Shown here piece by piece: positions 27,816-37,728 of a stretch of DNA of 64,000 nt. Both the position numbers and the translations under genes were made by a program. This stretch comes from a virus (Duplodnaviria > Caudoviricetes). Location: positions 20,020 through 84,019 of the IMG/VR virus record IMGVR_UViG_3300032007_004013, one strand, 5' to 3'. Within the stretch, counting starts at the first letter, position 1. Each line of letters starts with the position of its first letter. Under the pieces are notes generated by a model, which searched no databases, was not told the DNA's origin, and was given only the letters and a program-made list of their open reading frames with translations.

Positions 27816-29009
27816 TTAGCTTCCTTTCGTTGCTTTTCTATTCGCCCAAACAGCCTTGCTGCTAACGCTTCTGTTCCATCCGGCAACCCATTCGCGGTCG
27901 TTCTGCCTGATTCTCGCGTTTTCTGCAAGGAAGTCTTTAAGCCTTTGCTCTCTGTTTTTCAACAGCACTGAAGCCCTTTGAAAATCTGCGTACAATTCTT
28001 TTTCAAGCGCTTCACTGTCTGTTGATTCTATGGCTGAGTTCAGAAGTTGGCACTCTTTTTTTGACTGCCTAATTCTTCTTTCGTATGTTCGTTGCTTTTG
28101 CTGAAGTGCGTAGTCTTCGTCGTTATCTCTTCCTTCGTCAGCAGATGGATCCGGCGAGAACGCTCTTGTAGATAGACCTTCAAAGTACGGGTAAAAGCTA
28201 TGGTAGCAGTTCCAACCGCATAAACCATCACCTTCTCCATACCCTGTTTCTTCAGCGAGATTTCCGTATTCTCTCGTTGTTCCGTTGACACAGTAAACCT
28301 GACCTTGCCAAACTGCGTGTGAAGGTCTTGCACCTGAGTGACTTGTTACTTCTACAAGGTCGCATCCCATTTCAGTAGCTCTTTCGAGCTGTAGCTTGGA
28401 AGAAGCTTGATTAACTCCTGTAATAACAGCTCTTCTAACAGCAACTTCTAAGCTTGATTCATGGCCTGTTGGATAAGCGATCTTGTTTATCCCTTGCGAT
28501 GCGATCTTCTTAATTGCCGTTTTAATCGCTGTTATAGGATCGAATGTTCCGGTAAGGATTTTTAGGAAAGCTTCATCTAAAATGTTATTGAAGCCGATAT
28601 TTGCCATATTAGCGGTAGTTTTGGTGAAGTTTGATAGAAGCTGTAGTGTATCTGATGTCCCTTGCAATAGCATTGCCATCAAGACAGGCGATTGTGTGAG
28701 CTTGATAGGAGAAAGCCCAACAGCTTTATAAATAGTGTCATCGAAAGCTAATGCTTTAGCTCCTGACTCTACCATAATGCGTTTGATTTCTTTTTCAGAC
28801 AACCTTGTAGCATTGGATAGAATCTTGGTTACATCTCCGCTGAAATATCCAAATTCTCTTGCCCTTGCTAACTGCCATGAAGCGGTTTGAGTGAACTTTC
28901 CTGTTTTAGATATCCTTCTGACTATATCATCAAGTATCTCAACTTCGACTTGGCTGTAAACTTCAACTACAGGGTCGGCTACGGTCATAAGATATTCAGG
29001 CTGTAACAT
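27816..29009 (-). CDS. Phage minor capsid protein 2
   Basis: [45 protein letters not shown]. Confidence 0.9.
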   Translation of the reverse strand: MLQPEYLMTVADPVVEVYSQVEVEILDDIVRRISKTGKFTQTASWQLARAREFGYFSGDVTKILSNATRLSEKEIKRIMVESGAKALAFDDTIYKAVGLSPIKLTQSPVLMAMLLQGTSDTLQLLSNFTKTTANMANIGFNNILDEAFLKILTGTFDPITAIKTAIKKIASQGINKIAYPTGHESSLEVAVRRAVITGVNQASSKLQLERATEMGCDLVEVTSHSGARPSHAVWQGQVYCVNGTTREYGNLAEETGYGEGDGLCGWNCYHSFYPYFEGLSTRAFSPDPSADEGRDNDEDYALQQKQRTYERRIRQSKKECQLLNSAIESTDSEALEKELYADFQRASVLLKNREQRLKDFLAENARIRQNDREWVAGWNRSVSSKAVWANRKATKGS

Positions 29010-29017
29010 ACATCCTC

Positions 29018-29215
29018 CTATCTAAACTCTCTTCCGCTGCGCTTATCTCTTACCTCAATTCTGGTTATCAGCTCGAATCCGCTCAAAGCGATGATGCCTT
29101 TTAGAACTTTGATAAGAGTGTTCACCCTGTATTCGAGATTGTTCTCCTTCTCTATACAAGCGTAAGCTGTCGGGTCAGGATAGCCCTCGCTGTTGAGGAA
29201 ATGGTTTTCTTTCAT
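29018..29215 (-). CDS. Small hypothetical protein
   Basis: NSEGYPDPTAY..RIEVRDKRSGREFR motif. Confidence 0.7.
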   Translation of the reverse strand: MKENHFLNSEGYPDPTAYACIEKENNLEYRVNTLIKVLKGIIALSGFELITRIEVRDKRSGREFR

Positions 29216-29221
29216 TTTCCG

Positions 29222-29395
29222 TCATCCTTTGTAGTGGCATCTTCCGTTTCTGTAAGCGCCACAGTTTTCTTGCAGGCAATCCGCAAAGATGGCTCTGTTA
29301 TCGAATTGCTGTATGACGGTAGAAAGACCGTTTCCGCCGCTTATACTACGACTGATAAGGTCTTCTTGCCGATGAACAGCGTAAGGGCATTTCAT
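29222..29395 (-). CDS. Small Cys-containing hypothetical protein
   Basis: MKCPYA...CLQENCGAYRNGRCHY; internal start in ORF 29222-29569. Confidence 0.6.
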   Translation of the reverse strand: MKCPYAVHRQEDLISRSISGGNGLSTVIQQFDNRAIFADCLQENCGAYRNGRCHYKG

Positions 29396-29396
29396 C

Positions 29397-30905
29397 TTAC
29401 TTTGATTCTTTTCCTGCTGATTTTGTTTCCTTTGCGTTGACATCTTCCTTCTGCTTCTCCTTGTCTTCGTCTTCATCTCCGTTTGCGATCTTTGCGAAAC
29501 CGAGGATTTCATTGTCTGAAACCCCATCCATTTCATCGCATATTTTCCTTGCTGTGATTTCGTCTTCACCGTACCACTTCATTCTGTATTGGTACTTAGG
29601 CATAAGCTTTTGAGCGACTTCGTTTTGATCTCTCATTCGCTCAACTTCAGCGTCGATAACGATGCTGTCATCCCATACATACGTTGTGTTGTACTTGCCG
29701 TTCGGAGCGAGATTGTAGAGGGTAGCGAGGGCATACATGGCGTAAACGAGATCGTCGAGAGCATACTCAAGCGACTTCTGAATATCGGTAACAGTGGAAT
29801 ATGATCGCTGCTTGACTATCTTGATTTCCGTAGCGCTTCTTGCTACAGTGTCAACATCTGAGAGTGTTCCTCTCGACAAACAGCAAGCGTCCTCTATCTG
29901 TAGGAGGATTCTGTTCAGACCTGACATGTAGTTGGCATCACGAAGGGACGGAGCCCATTCTTTCATTAAGCTGTCGGTGCTCGCGGTAGCAGAGTCGAGA
30001 TTGTTGGTTCTGTACAATCGCTCTTTTCCTTTGGGGAGAACAGGCATTCCGTTTACTCTCCTGAAAGCGTCCTCAGCTGCGTCGATGGCGAGTTCACCGC
30101 CTTCGTACTCCCAAAGCAACCTACTGTACTGTTCGTCAGCGTCTTTGATAAGGTTGACTGCTCTTGCGTAAACAGAAACACCGAGAGGCGAGTTTTTATC
30201 TACCGTATTGCCTATCGGAATTTTGAAGTAGGCGAAAAGCGGTGACTCTATATCGTTGATCGTTACTTCCGGTTCAATATCAGCCCAATCATCGACTTCT
30301 GAAAGCTGACACGGTGTACCAATCGCTTCTTCTACGGACGAAACATACGCTTTGTTCGTTATAGTGTAATCTGTTCCGTTGAGTTCATGGCGTTCAAGTC
30401 TGCTGTAGACTTTCCTACCCTTCCAACTGCGGTATAGGAAGTACGCGGCAGTAATCTTGCCGGAATTGTTGTACGCAAGAGGGCAGAAGTAATCAGCCTG
30501 AACAACCTCCGTGATTATTCTTCCGTCAGAAACATAGGGCTTGAAGACGATTCCGCCACCTGCACAGGCGTATTCCGTGTTGACCCTTATATTCTTTCTG
30601 ACCGATTGGAGCTGATCGCTGATAAAATCAGCCATCTCGGAACCTGAGACGTTTACTTCCATTTCAAGTGTGACAGATCTCGCTATATCAGAAGCGATGA
30701 TCGCAGGCAGACCAAGCGTGATGGGATTATTCTTTAACCATTTCGCTTCATTGGAGAACATCGCCAGCCAATTCGTTATAGCATCCATCATGTCTGTTGA
30801 AGCTATCGTCTGTTCTTTTGTGACTTCAGCGATGCTCCGCATTACATTTCCACCTTTGAACATCGTTCTTATCCTCCCGAAAAACTCTTTGATTCTTTCA
30901 AACAT
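29397..30905 (-). CDS. Portal protein (SPP1/A118-like)
   Basis: AGGGIVFKPY; SPLGVSVYARA..LIKDADEQYSRLLWE; ARSATEI. Confidence 0.92.
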   Translation of the reverse strand: MFERIKEFFGRIRTMFKGGNVMRSIAEVTKEQTIASTDMMDAITNWLAMFSNEAKWLKNNPITLGLPAIIASDIARSVTLEMEVNVSGSEMADFISDQLQSVRKNIRVNTEYACAGGGIVFKPYVSDGRIITEVVQADYFCPLAYNNSGKITAAYFLYRSWKGRKVYSRLERHELNGTDYTITNKAYVSSVEEAIGTPCQLSEVDDWADIEPEVTINDIESPLFAYFKIPIGNTVDKNSPLGVSVYARAVNLIKDADEQYSRLLWEYEGGELAIDAAEDAFRRVNGMPVLPKGKERLYRTNNLDSATASTDSLMKEWAPSLRDANYMSGLNRILLQIEDACCLSRGTLSDVDTVARSATEIKIVKQRSYSTVTDIQKSLEYALDDLVYAMYALATLYNLAPNGKYNTTYVWDDSIVIDAEVERMRDQNEVAQKLMPKYQYRMKWYGEDEITARKICDEMDGVSDNEILGFAKIANGDEDEDKEKQKEDVNAKETKSAGKESK

Positions 30906-30918
30906 TGTCCGTCACCTT

Positions 30919-32871
30919 TTATATAAATCTCGCTGCTTCTCTCTCTATCGTGTACTCAAAGGCGTTGAGTGTACCCGTTTCAGAGTTTGCACTTCTACTG
31001 TCATCTGTGCTCTTTTCAGACCAAGTGGCAGTAGTAAAGGCTCTTGCAAGTGTTTCGCAATCTTCCGTAAGGAATAAGCGATTCTGAGCAAAGAGCCTTG
31101 TTGTCAATCTTATTCTGTTGTTTACATCATCATCTGCCGCAGTTCGCACTGTGATCGGAATGTTGTACTTGTCAGCAGAGTCCCTGATACACTTGAACAG
31201 GAATCTTTCTTTTGAATCACAATAAGCGTAATCAAGCTTGTTGTGGCGCTTTTGGATCTCACGACAAAAATCATTAAATTCTTTGCCAAGAGCATTTGTT
31301 TCAACTTCTCCGGTAAATGTCTTTGAAGCCAAAACAACAACTCTCTTGTGATTTTCTATGATGGCTGTGGCAACGATGGAGGTTCCTGAAACGGAGCTTC
31401 CTATGCTTATGCCGATGTTCACCTGCATAATGTGCATAGCGTGTACAGCACTGATAGGAATAATGACGGTTTCTGCGTTGTCGATAAATCCGTTGTAAAC
31501 CTTATTCTGAGTGAAGCAAGAAAGACCAACAGCGTCTCCTCTATCAGGTGACTTAATTCCTCTTGCTTTCATTTCTTTCTTGCTTTCAAGCTGTAGTCTG
31601 CCATTGCTTGATATATGGTATTTCCTAACAGACAGTTGAGCAACAAGTTCTTCGTCGTTAGGAATAGAGATAGCTCTGCTTTCCATCTTGTCTTTAACTG
31701 TTGCCCACATATATGTAGCAATGTCTCCGTAGTGTTCTTCAGAACCGTCTTGTGGAGGGTTCTTTCCGAAGTTGACAGGTACTATTTCGAGCCGCCTTAA
31801 CCGCTCCTCCACCTTAACTTCTTCAAGCCTATCTGTAACACCGCCGCCAAGACCTGTATCATCTATGTTGCAGGTGATAACTCCTTTGTACTGCGGATAG
31901 TCTTTTACCAACTTCCTGTACTGTATTACAATGTCACCGACAGTAGCCATAAGGTTTTGTCCGTGCCTGATTACAGGGAGCTTTATCATTCCTCCAACAT
32001 TGGTAGCGATAATGGTTTCATCATCTCCGTATCGAGCTACGTCAACACCAATGGAGATCCTGTCGATCTTCTCTATTTCGATTTCGTTGATGATCGTTTG
32101 CTCGACGAGGGGGAGAGGAATAAATACATCGTCTTCTTGCGTAGGGAAATCTCCGAGAACACGGACCTTCACTACGTTGCTTTCTTCGCCATACTTTCGT
32201 ATGAGAGTTTCTATGCTTTGTTTGTTTGTTCTTTTGCTGTAAAGAGAATTGACCTTGTGGCACTTGTAAAGCGCCCTATCTCTGTTGTGACTGTCATAAA
32301 ACGCTCCTGTTGTTCTTGTAGGGTTTCCGCACATAAGGAGCTTGTTGTTTGCGCCTGTGAGCGTACCAAATACAGGCTCAAGGACTTCATCTGAAACACC
32401 GGATGCTTCATCAATGATGAACAACATGTTGTCTTCGTGGAAGCCTTGCATGTTCTCAGGCTTTGATGCTGTCTTTGCGACAGCAAACCATCTGCTTTCG
32501 CAGCCGCGCATAGCAACGTGCGTTTTTGTCCATACAAGTAATGCGCTTGCGAGTTCGCTTCTATCTATCCACTTTCTGACCTCAGACCAGAGAACATCGC
32601 TTAACTGTTGAGCTGTAGGAGCTGTAGCGACCACTCTCGCGTTTTCAAAACACGATAAAAACCATATAATCAGATTTGCTTCAAGGCAGGTCTTTCCAAC
32701 GCCTTGTCCTGATCGTACAGATACTCTCGGACTTGAAGCTATATCCAAAGAAACGTTCTTTTGCCATTCATCAGGATCGAAATGCGTTACTTCGTCGAAG
32801 AACACTGTCGGTTTTTTCTGATAAATAGTCATTCTTTCGTTCAGAAAGGATTTTCTTTGATTCGACTTCAT
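30919..32871 (-). CDS. terL: Terminase large subunit with extra C-terminal nuclease-like domain
   Basis: Walker A SGQGVGKT, Walker B IIDEASG, nuclease GVDVARYGDD..DDTGLG..SPDRGDA. Confidence 0.93.
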   Translation of the reverse strand: MKSNQRKSFLNERMTIYQKKPTVFFDEVTHFDPDEWQKNVSLDIASSPRVSVRSGQGVGKTCLEANLIIWFLSCFENARVVATAPTAQQLSDVLWSEVRKWIDRSELASALLVWTKTHVAMRGCESRWFAVAKTASKPENMQGFHEDNMLFIIDEASGVSDEVLEPVFGTLTGANNKLLMCGNPTRTTGAFYDSHNRDRALYKCHKVNSLYSKRTNKQSIETLIRKYGEESNVVKVRVLGDFPTQEDDVFIPLPLVEQTIINEIEIEKIDRISIGVDVARYGDDETIIATNVGGMIKLPVIRHGQNLMATVGDIVIQYRKLVKDYPQYKGVITCNIDDTGLGGGVTDRLEEVKVEERLRRLEIVPVNFGKNPPQDGSEEHYGDIATYMWATVKDKMESRAISIPNDEELVAQLSVRKYHISSNGRLQLESKKEMKARGIKSPDRGDAVGLSCFTQNKVYNGFIDNAETVIIPISAVHAMHIMQVNIGISIGSSVSGTSIVATAIIENHKRVVVLASKTFTGEVETNALGKEFNDFCREIQKRHNKLDYAYCDSKERFLFKCIRDSADKYNIPITVRTAADDDVNNRIRLTTRLFAQNRLFLTEDCETLARAFTTATWSEKSTDDSRSANSETGTLNAFEYTIEREAARFI

Positions 32872-33326
32872 CGATCAGAGTCCTTTTCATTGTTAGTTTT
32901 GCTTGCGTTCTTTACAGCGCTTATCCAATCATCAACAGCATTGTTGCTTTTGTCTTCTTTGAGCACGGTCCTCTTGTGCCTTTCCACTTCGAGCTTGAAC
33001 TTCGGAGAAATGCCAGCCATTTCAACCAGAAAGTTCATCGCGTTTACATCTCCACCCATAGCTTTCAAGAAAGCTCGCGCCATCATAGCTACAATATTGG
33101 TGTAATCTTCTTCATTATCAAGACCTAATGCTTCGAGATTTCGTGTTACAGTCTCCGTTGTCGGAAGTTCGAGAATTAGCTTTGCGGCGGATTTGGCATC
33201 TCGCTTCTTTCGTCTTGCGACTCCGCTTGCCTTTCCGCCTTTGGAGCGAATTTCTCTCTGTTCTTCCTCTGTTCGTTCGTCAAAGGGGATAAGGTTATCA
33301 TCACGAGCCAAATCTATCACCTCCAA
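32868..33326 (-). CDS. terS: Terminase small subunit (putative)
   Basis: NLIPFDERTEEEQREIRSKGGKASG start; immediately upstream of terL. Confidence 0.75.
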   Translation of the reverse strand: MEVIDLARDDNLIPFDERTEEEQREIRSKGGKASGVARRKKRDAKSAAKLILELPTTETVTRNLEALGLDNEEDYTNIVAMMARAFLKAMGGDVNAMNFLVEMAGISPKFKLEVERHKRTVLKEDKSNNAVDDWISAVKNASKTNNEKDSDR

Positions 33327-33352
33327 GCCGGAAACGCAGCAAAAAGCGGTAG

Positions 33353-34474
33353 TTATCTGACAACTTTGAGTTCGAGAGGCTCGTTGATAAAGTGGTTTTC
33401 AAGAGCTATCGTATAAGCTCCGCAGTTGGCAAATGTAAGCGTATCTCCAACAGATAATTCTCCCGTGAAACCTCTATAGACTATATCGCTCTCCATACAG
33501 GAATAGCCGAGCAGATCGACTCCTTGAAGGGATATTTTCTTGTTCGATGTGTGAGAAACGTCCATCGGAGGGTTTGCTTTACGGTTGGTAAATCCGAGGT
33601 CAAACATTGAGCAATCAAGCGTTACAAACTTTTGACCTCTTATCGTTTTGATGTTTGTAACGTGCGCTCTGAGTTTTATCGCGTTGGCGATCAACGGTGT
33701 TCCGAGCTCAAGGATAATCTTCGGTGCATTTCCATCAGGAAACTCTCTTGCCAATGCTTCTGCGGTTACTCTTGCATAATCGTCGAATGTAGGGATATTT
33801 CCGCCAAACCACTCTACGAGCCTTTCGTCCATAAACCCGTACATTCCGCTTCCTAAGTCGATGTAGCGAACGCCGAGCATCTTTCCGATGGAAGCCATCA
33901 TATCTACACGCGGCTTGTAATATACAAGGTCTCTCGTACCGTATGCGTGGTTATGGATGCCTTTCAGTACGAGGTTGGTGCTCAATCCAAGAAAATCAAT
34001 GCACTTGTAATAATCTTCGCTTTTGTACTCAATGCCGAATCGAGAGTTTATTCCGTTGCCAACGTCAATGTTGAGCCGGAGACCGATGGGGAAGACGCTG
34101 TTTCTCCTGATAACCAACTGATTCTTCATCTTTCCTATGTAGTCGTCGATTTCGACAAGCTCGTCATAGTTGTCTACATTGACAATTCCTCCGTTTACCA
34201 GAAGTAAGCACTTGCCGTGTGTGTCCGGTATAACGCCGTTGTAGATGATTTCTGAGCTTTTATACCCGATAGACAAAGCCTTGCAATATTCGTTCTTTGA
34301 CACAACCTCTGCGTAAACTTCGTTTCTTCTTATCTCCTGAAGCACTTCATAGTGAGAGTTTGTCTTAAAGCTGTACGACAAAGCAAGATCAACGCCTGCT
34401 TCTTCGTATGCTCGCTTAACTTCTTTTACGTTTCTTTCGAGCACACGCTTACTAAAAAGATAGTACGCATTCAT
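33353..34474 (-). CDS. PLP-dependent fold-III decarboxylase (DAP/Orn/Arg decarboxylase family)
   Basis: YSFKTN (PLP lysine), LRLN, IDLGSG, GYSCMESD, GAY; start MNAYYL at 34474 with GAGG RBS. Confidence 0.88.
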   Translation of the reverse strand: MNAYYLFSKRVLERNVKEVKRAYEEAGVDLALSYSFKTNSHYEVLQEIRRNEVYAEVVSKNEYCKALSIGYKSSEIIYNGVIPDTHGKCLLLVNGGIVNVDNYDELVEIDDYIGKMKNQLVIRRNSVFPIGLRLNIDVGNGINSRFGIEYKSEDYYKCIDFLGLSTNLVLKGIHNHAYGTRDLVYYKPRVDMMASIGKMLGVRYIDLGSGMYGFMDERLVEWFGGNIPTFDDYARVTAEALAREFPDGNAPKIILELGTPLIANAIKLRAHVTNIKTIRGQKFVTLDCSMFDLGFTNRKANPPMDVSHTSNKKISLQGVDLLGYSCMESDIVYRGFTGELSVGDTLTFANCGAYTIALENHFINEPLELKVVR

Positions 34475-34485
34475 ATTAACCTCAT

Positions 34486-34516
34486 AAAAAAAGCAGCCGC
34501 ACTTTCGTGAGACTGC
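34486..34516 (-). terminator. Intrinsic terminator with GAAA tetraloop
   Basis: GCAGTCTCAC-GAAA-GTGCGGCTGC then T7 on minus strand. Confidence 0.7.
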
Positions 34517-34533
34517 TCTTTGCTGTTTTTTCG

Positions 34534-35229
34534 TTACCAAATTGGATCTTTTATTTCCATATCCTCACCGAAGTGAGTCGGATCGAGTTCTCTTTGACGT
34601 TCAAAGTCCCTTACTCTCGGAATCGTTGCTCTGTCAATCCTTCCTTCGTCGATGTCTCTCTGGTTGGATATCTCCCAACTTCCGTTATCGAAAAGAGAGA
34701 GTTGCAACGGCTTCAATGCAGCTTGTTCATCAACGATCATGTCGAACTCTGTCTTGCCTTTTCTTCTTCCTTCGTAGGTGTGAACGTCAAAAACCCAATC
34801 GGGTACTCCTTCAACGCCAAGTTCAGCTTCATCTATGTTGCTGATGTATTCGTTCGGGATCTCTTCCGGTCTCAGCGTTCTTACCATACTCATAAAGTTG
34901 CAGGCTACGTAACAGGCATCCCTGTTCTTTCGAGCCATACATAAAAGCGTTACCGCTTTGCTGAGGAAGATCGAATCTCTGTCGTAGCCTTTTCTGCCTT
35001 TGTTTACGGTGTCGTCGGCTATCTTCAAAGCAACGATCTCCTTTGTCATCACTCCGTAGCAATCTTCAGCAGAGATTACATAGAGGCGTTTCCAGAGATA
35101 ATCAGGGAACTTACCTCTCAGTTCTTTGGCAGCAAAGGCTGCTCTGTTGATGTCTGCCCGTCTGATTGCTTTCTGAAGCATACTTGACATTGTGTACATA
35201 CTGTAACCGCCGTCTGTCATTAACTTCAT
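34534..35229 (-). CDS. MgsA/RarA C-terminal-like helical protein lacking an AAA domain
   Basis: SMLQKAIRR..LWKRLYVISAED..; PDWVFDVHT; no Walker A. Confidence 0.7.
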   Translation of the reverse strand: MKLMTDGGYSMYTMSSMLQKAIRRADINRAAFAAKELRGKFPDYLWKRLYVISAEDCYGVMTKEIVALKIADDTVNKGRKGYDRDSIFLSKAVTLLCMARKNRDACYVACNFMSMVRTLRPEEIPNEYISNIDEAELGVEGVPDWVFDVHTYEGRRKGKTEFDMIVDEQAALKPLQLSLFDNGSWEISNQRDIDEGRIDRATIPRVRDFERQRELDPTHFGEDMEIKDPIW

Positions 35230-35266
35230 TACATTACCTCGTTTCTTTGTATTATTTGGTACTTTT

Positions 35267-35295
35267 ATTCTACCACAAATTAACTCTTGCGTCAA
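35267..35295 (-). promoter_or_regulatory. SigA-type promoter
   Basis: TTGACG-N17-TAGAAT with extended TG. Confidence 0.75.
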
Positions 35296-35323
35296 TAATG
35301 TAATAAGATTTTTTAATCTTAAC

Positions 35324-36055
35324 TCAACGGTTTACTAATATTTTGGGAACGTTCTTGTTCGCGTTGTAATCAAAATACTTTCCCCACTTAGCTTTCATCA
35401 TCTCAACTGACGCTGCGATGTCTTCTCGGTTGTAGCTTGATCCCGTGGTGTTCGTGATGTCATCTTCTTGCGGATTGTCAACGAGGTACTTTGCGTTCAG
35501 GCACACTCTGTTAAGCAGAAGCTCCGTGAGAACATAGTCAATATCGGTGTTGCGAGGAAGTTCTGTGTCCATTCTCGCTTTGATACATTTTCTGTTCACT
35601 ACCTTGAACGCTCCGGGGATCCCGTACCAGCCAAACTCGCTTGTATACACATAAGGAGTAGGTGTAGCGGAGCCAAAAGCAACTCCAATATCGAGATCGT
35701 AGATAAGTTGGGCAAGACGTTCAAATTCAGCTTGGCACGTCTCTACATCATCAATAGAGTAGTTCCTCTCTAACCTGTAGATGAAATTCTTTACATCATC
35801 ATCTACTATCGCTACTACATCTTCTTCTGCGTTATCGACAATCCAATTATAGACTTTGGAATACTGATTGATTTCTTCGTCTTCAACTCCGATAACGTTA
35901 GGAAAACCTGCGTTAATGTAGAGCTGTTCCTGCGACTTTCTTACGATATGCTTTGGGTTTTCAAACCACTTTCCGGTGATGACTCCTCTTTCGTACCTTC
36001 CTACTGACGGAATGTACACGCCAAAGGTGAAGTTACCATCTGCCACGAGGGACAC
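35324..36055 (-). CDS. GT-A glycosyltransferase (TET/JBP-associated/GREB1-like family)
   Basis: VYIPSVGR N-terminal strand, IVDDD motif, TDIDY, MMKAKWG. Confidence 0.75.
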   Translation of the reverse strand: MSLVADGNFTFGVYIPSVGRYERGVITGKWFENPKHIVRKSQEQLYINAGFPNVIGVEDEEINQYSKVYNWIVDNAEEDVVAIVDDDVKNFIYRLERNYSIDDVETCQAEFERLAQLIYDLDIGVAFGSATPTPYVYTSEFGWYGIPGAFKVVNRKCIKARMDTELPRNTDIDYVLTELLLNRVCLNAKYLVDNPQEDDITNTTGSSYNREDIAASVEMMKAKWGKYFDYNANKNVPKILVNR

Positions 36056-37112
36056 CGTCCTTTTCGTACAACGTGCCGTAGTTCCGCATTAACCTCATGC
36101 CGTATTCAGGCGTAATGTTTTCGTCGATTTTAATGCCAAGGGCGTGTTTGATACCAAGCTCGACAAGATTGAGACCGGCTTTGGCCGTGAGAGAAACGGT
36201 AGCGCTTATCCTCGGATTGATTTCGAGGAGGAAGAGCTTTCCATCATCTCTTCTGATGAAATCATATCCGATATTGCCGTCAAGCTCGAACAGCTCGTTG
36301 AGCTTCGTGACGATTTCGTTCGCTTCCTTGCTTTCGATCAACTCACAGTAGGTAGAAGTGGCAAATTCCATCTTCATATTTCTGTGAGTTACAGCGTACA
36401 CGGTTCTTCCGTGATCTACGAGGCAAATGGTGCTTCCTTCTGTTCCGGAAACGTGTTCCTGAAGCATAAAATCTTCGCCGATGTCGTCGATAGCAAGTTC
36501 AACCTGTGCTTTCGACGTGTACTTGTTAGCTCTGAGGTCTCTCGTTCTGGCGAAGACGCTTTTCTTTGCCATCTCGTCGTCGATGACTCTGAAGCCTGAA
36601 GCGCCGCAACCATCAACTCTCTTGATGCAGACAGGCTTGTCGGGATAACCGAGTGCGTAAAGCGCCTCCTCCCAATTATCCTTGTTGACCTTGATCGCTT
36701 TTGGCATATAGAAGAGGGAACGGCTTTCGAGGAATTGCATGAGCATGTATTTGTTGTTGGCGATGTCAAGCTTATCTTTGTTGCCGGAAAGAGAAACTTT
36801 AATGCCGTTCTTTTCAAAATCATCTCTGTGAAGACTGATGATGTCGATTTCGTCGCTGATAAGCGGTATCACAAGCTCAACGCCTGTTGCTTTGCATATG
36901 CGAAGAAGCTCCGGAATGTATTCTTTGTCGTCGTATCTCGGAACTTTGCAGAGTACATCGACGTAATTAGCTGCGGCAGGATTCGGGCTGCAATCCACGC
37001 CGATGATTTTGAAATCCAAATCTCTGCTTTTTCTCAACGTGTCTATGGTTCCGCAGGTGGGCCATCCGCAGCAAGCGGTGAACAAAACGGTTACTTTTCT
37101 TTTGTCGATCAT
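36033..37112 (-). CDS. ATP-grasp ligase (carbamoyl-phosphate-synthase-like family)
   Basis: IIGVDC..ANNKY..VCIKRVDGCGASG..MLQEHVSGTE..LLEINPRISA. Confidence 0.88.
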   Translation of the reverse strand: MIDKRKVTVLFTACCGWPTCGTIDTLRKSRDLDFKIIGVDCSPNPAAANYVDVLCKVPRYDDKEYIPELLRICKATGVELVIPLISDEIDIISLHRDDFEKNGIKVSLSGNKDKLDIANNKYMLMQFLESRSLFYMPKAIKVNKDNWEEALYALGYPDKPVCIKRVDGCGASGFRVIDDEMAKKSVFARTRDLRANKYTSKAQVELAIDDIGEDFMLQEHVSGTEGSTICLVDHGRTVYAVTHRNMKMEFATSTYCELIESKEANEIVTKLNELFELDGNIGYDFIRRDDGKLFLLEINPRISATVSLTAKAGLNLVELGIKHALGIKIDENITPEYGMRLMRNYGTLYEKDGVPRGRW

Positions 37113-37717
37113 TGTGTAGCTTCTCCTTTATTCTCTTCTTTGCCGAACAGTTTCTCTCTGATTTTGTGATACCAAACAGCTCTTCCTTGAATCTTTCTTT
37201 TGTTCGTAACGTATACAACAGCGCCTTGTATTCCGAGTTTGGAAACAAGTTCGTCGTAGTCAAAGGAGTCTTTGCAGGCTATGAGAATGTAGTCGTATTT
37301 CTCGTAGTGAAGAAGCTCCATCTCGTTGATTTTTCTGTCGCCTACCTTTTTGTTGGATTCGGTGATTCCGAGATCTACGCTAAGATCAGCCGTCCAGTCA
37401 GCGAGCACATCGTAGTCCCATTCACCTGCGTGGGTGTTGGCTTTGATGTTGATTGCTCTCTTTTCGGCAGTTGAATAGCCGACAATTCTTTTGCACAAAA
37501 CAGTTGTGTCGGGGCTTTTCTCCAACAGAACACTGCACCGCTGATTTCCTGCGATGATGTTGTTGTCCTCGTCTATGACGATAAGCCCAAAATCTCCAAA
37601 AGTGTCGAGCGAACGTTCAAGTTCATCTCGTTTGCCTTTGGAGATCTTTCTCGGATTGCCAAATCCGGTTTTGAGGTCGCCTACTTTTAATTCGACGACT
37701 TCAATGCTTTTTTTCAT
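37109..37717 (-). CDS. ParB/Srx N-terminal domain protein
   Basis: NPRKIS..SLDTFG..IVIDEDNNIIAGNQR..IKANTHAGEWD. Confidence 0.85.
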   Translation of the reverse strand: MKKSIEVVELKVGDLKTGFGNPRKISKGKRDELERSLDTFGDFGLIVIDEDNNIIAGNQRCSVLLEKSPDTTVLCKRIVGYSTAEKRAINIKANTHAGEWDYDVLADWTADLSVDLGITESNKKVGDRKINEMELLHYEKYDYILIACKDSFDYDELVSKLGIQGAVVYVTNKRKIQGRAVWYHKIREKLFGKEENKGEATQ

Positions 37718-37728
37718 TTGTATTCCTC

